Of a DNA stretch of 7,900 nt, positions 7,008 through 7,900 are shown piece by piece. Below the pieces are notes generated by a model. The model saw only the letters and a program-made list of their open reading frames with translations. It was not told the DNA's origin and did no database searches. Source of the DNA: Escherichia coli. Lineage in GTDB: Bacteria > Pseudomonadota > Gammaproteobacteria > Enterobacterales > Enterobacteriaceae. Numbering within the stretch: the first letter of the stretch is position 1; each line of letters starts with the position of its first letter. Both the position numbers and the translations under genes were made by a program. The stretch lies in the NCBI RefSeq assembly GCF_003334255.1, contig NZ_QOWU01000093.1, one strand, 5' to 3'.

Positions 7008-7823
7008 ACAACCAGTTCTTCCGGCCCACGGCCACACCCCGTAAGGCGTTCTCTGCGATGTTGTTGTCGATTTCCACCCAGCCATTGCTGCAGTACACGT
7101 TCAGGGCCTCCCACTGTTTCAGCAGGTATGCGAACGCTTTCGCCGTATCCGAGTGACGCGACAGGGTTTTCATCTTTTCACGCAGCCAGCTTTCCAGGGA
7201 TTTCAGCAGCGGTTTCGTTTTCAACTGACGTTCGGCAAGGCGCTGCTCCGCCGTCATTCCCCTTATCTCTGCCTCGATGGCGTACAGTTCGCCGATCCGT
7301 TTCAGCGCTTCCTCCGTCAGGGCTGACGGGGTGCGAACGTGCACATCGTGGATTTTACGGCGGGCGTGAGCCCAGCAGGCGGCTTCCGTTATCCGGCCAT
7401 CCCGGTACAGCTCGTTGAACCCGGCGTATGCATCCGCCTGCAGTACACCACTGAACCCCGCAAGATGGGTCTGCGGATGGATGCCTTTTCTGTCCGGGCT
7501 GTAAGCGAACCACACCGCCGGCGCCAGCGTTGACCCGGCGTTACGGTCGTCACGAACGTAGGTCCATAACCGCCCGGTCTTCGTTTTCTTATTGCCTGGC
7601 AACAGCACCGGGACAGGCGTGTCATCAGCATGGAGCTTACCGTCAGTCAGCACATAGTCCTGAAGCGCTTCTTCCAGCGGTGACAGTAGCCGGCAGCATG
7701 CATCCACCCAGCCCGACAGCAGTGAACGACTCAGCTCCACACCTTGCCGGCCGTATATTTCTGACTGGCGATACAGCGGGGTGTGCTCTGCATACTTCGA
7801 GGTCAACACGCGGGCCAGCAGCC
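7008..7823 (-). CDS. tnpC: IS66-family transposase TnpC, 5' exon (central region, N-terminally truncated)
   Basis: Translation ...[34 protein letters not shown]...[20 protein letters not shown] matches the IS66 TnpC pattern. ORF-track entry 6958..7809 is this frame reading 16 codons into the intron before a stop. No IS66-like coding continues beyond 7823. Confidence 0.75.
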
Positions 7824-7900
7824 CATAAGCGCTAACTTAAGGGTTGTGGTATTACGCCTGATATGATTTAACGTGCCGATGAATTACTCTCACGATAACT
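7824..7900. mobile_element. Probable IS186-like (IS4-family) terminal region abutting and truncating the IS66-family tnpC
   Basis: CATAAGCGCTAACTTAAGGGTTG at 7824-7846 matches my recollection of the IS186 terminal inverted repeat. It is preceded by a GC-rich stretch (GCGGGCCAGCAGCC), in keeping with the GC-rich targets I recall for IS186. The tnpC frame hits a stop at 7837-7839. This rests on memory only. Confidence 0.45.

Larger units (their letters stand above)
4972..7823 (-). mobile_element. IS66-family insertion sequence fragment: right terminus plus tnpC split by a group II intron, 5'-truncated at about 7823; tnpA and tnpB not in window
   Basis: The terminus begins GTAAGCG at 4972, the hallmark start of IS66-family inverted repeats as I recall it. 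The tnpC stop is 30 bp inside, at 5002-5004. Translations of both tnpC pieces match IS66 TnpC motifs ([46 protein letters not shown]). Confidence 0.7.

Noticed and set aside
5124-7156. Plus-strand ORFs antisense to the intron and tnpC (5124..5345, 5910..6110, 6256..6537, 6270..6650, 6491..7156)
   Set aside because: They run antisense to the RT/maturase gene and ribozyme domains; 6491..7156 even crosses the intron-exon boundary. They are Pro/Arg/Ser-rich, typical of spurious frames in GC-richer DNA.
6960-7835. ORFs 6960..7418 (+), 7339..7533 (+), 7389..7631 (-) and 7530..7835 (+) overlapping IS66 tnpC
   Set aside because: The frame with recognisable IS66 TnpC motifs is the minus-strand 7008..7823 frame; the others are low-complexity overlaps.
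1-7900. CRISPR arrays, tRNA or rRNA genes
   Set aside because: No regularly spaced direct repeats with unique spacers and no tRNA-like cloverleaf or rRNA-like conserved stretches were seen; the only tandem repeat is the 15-bp duplication in deoK.

Overview
This window looks like an accessory-genome segment from an Escherichia coli-like enterobacterium, carrying a deoxyribose-utilisation locus (deoQ divergent from deoK-deoP-deoX) whose last gene is destroyed by a pile-up of mobile elements. Left to right: (i) 1-1056 has no convincing intact gene, only one minus-strand frame that is open apart from a single TGA; (ii) a DeoR-family regulator gene on the minus strand (1057-1839); (iii) a 302-bp AT-rich divergent control region with DeoR-operator-like palindromes; (iv) a ribokinase-family kinase (2142-3077) with a perfect in-frame 15-bp tandem duplication; (v) a FucP-type MFS permease (3105-4421); (vi) a deoX-like gene with a premature in-frame TGA and then cut off at 4969/4972 by the terminus of an IS66-family element; (vii) inside that element's tnpC gene, a structurally canonical group II intron (5184-7007, minus strand) with an intact reverse-transcriptase/maturase ORF; (viii) tnpC homology ends at about 7823 against what I recall as an IS186 terminal repeat. 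No tRNA, rRNA or CRISPR array was seen. All calls are from reading the sequence and recalled family motifs; no database search was run. The most notable item is the apparently intact, splice-competent group II intron nested in the IS66 transposase gene.
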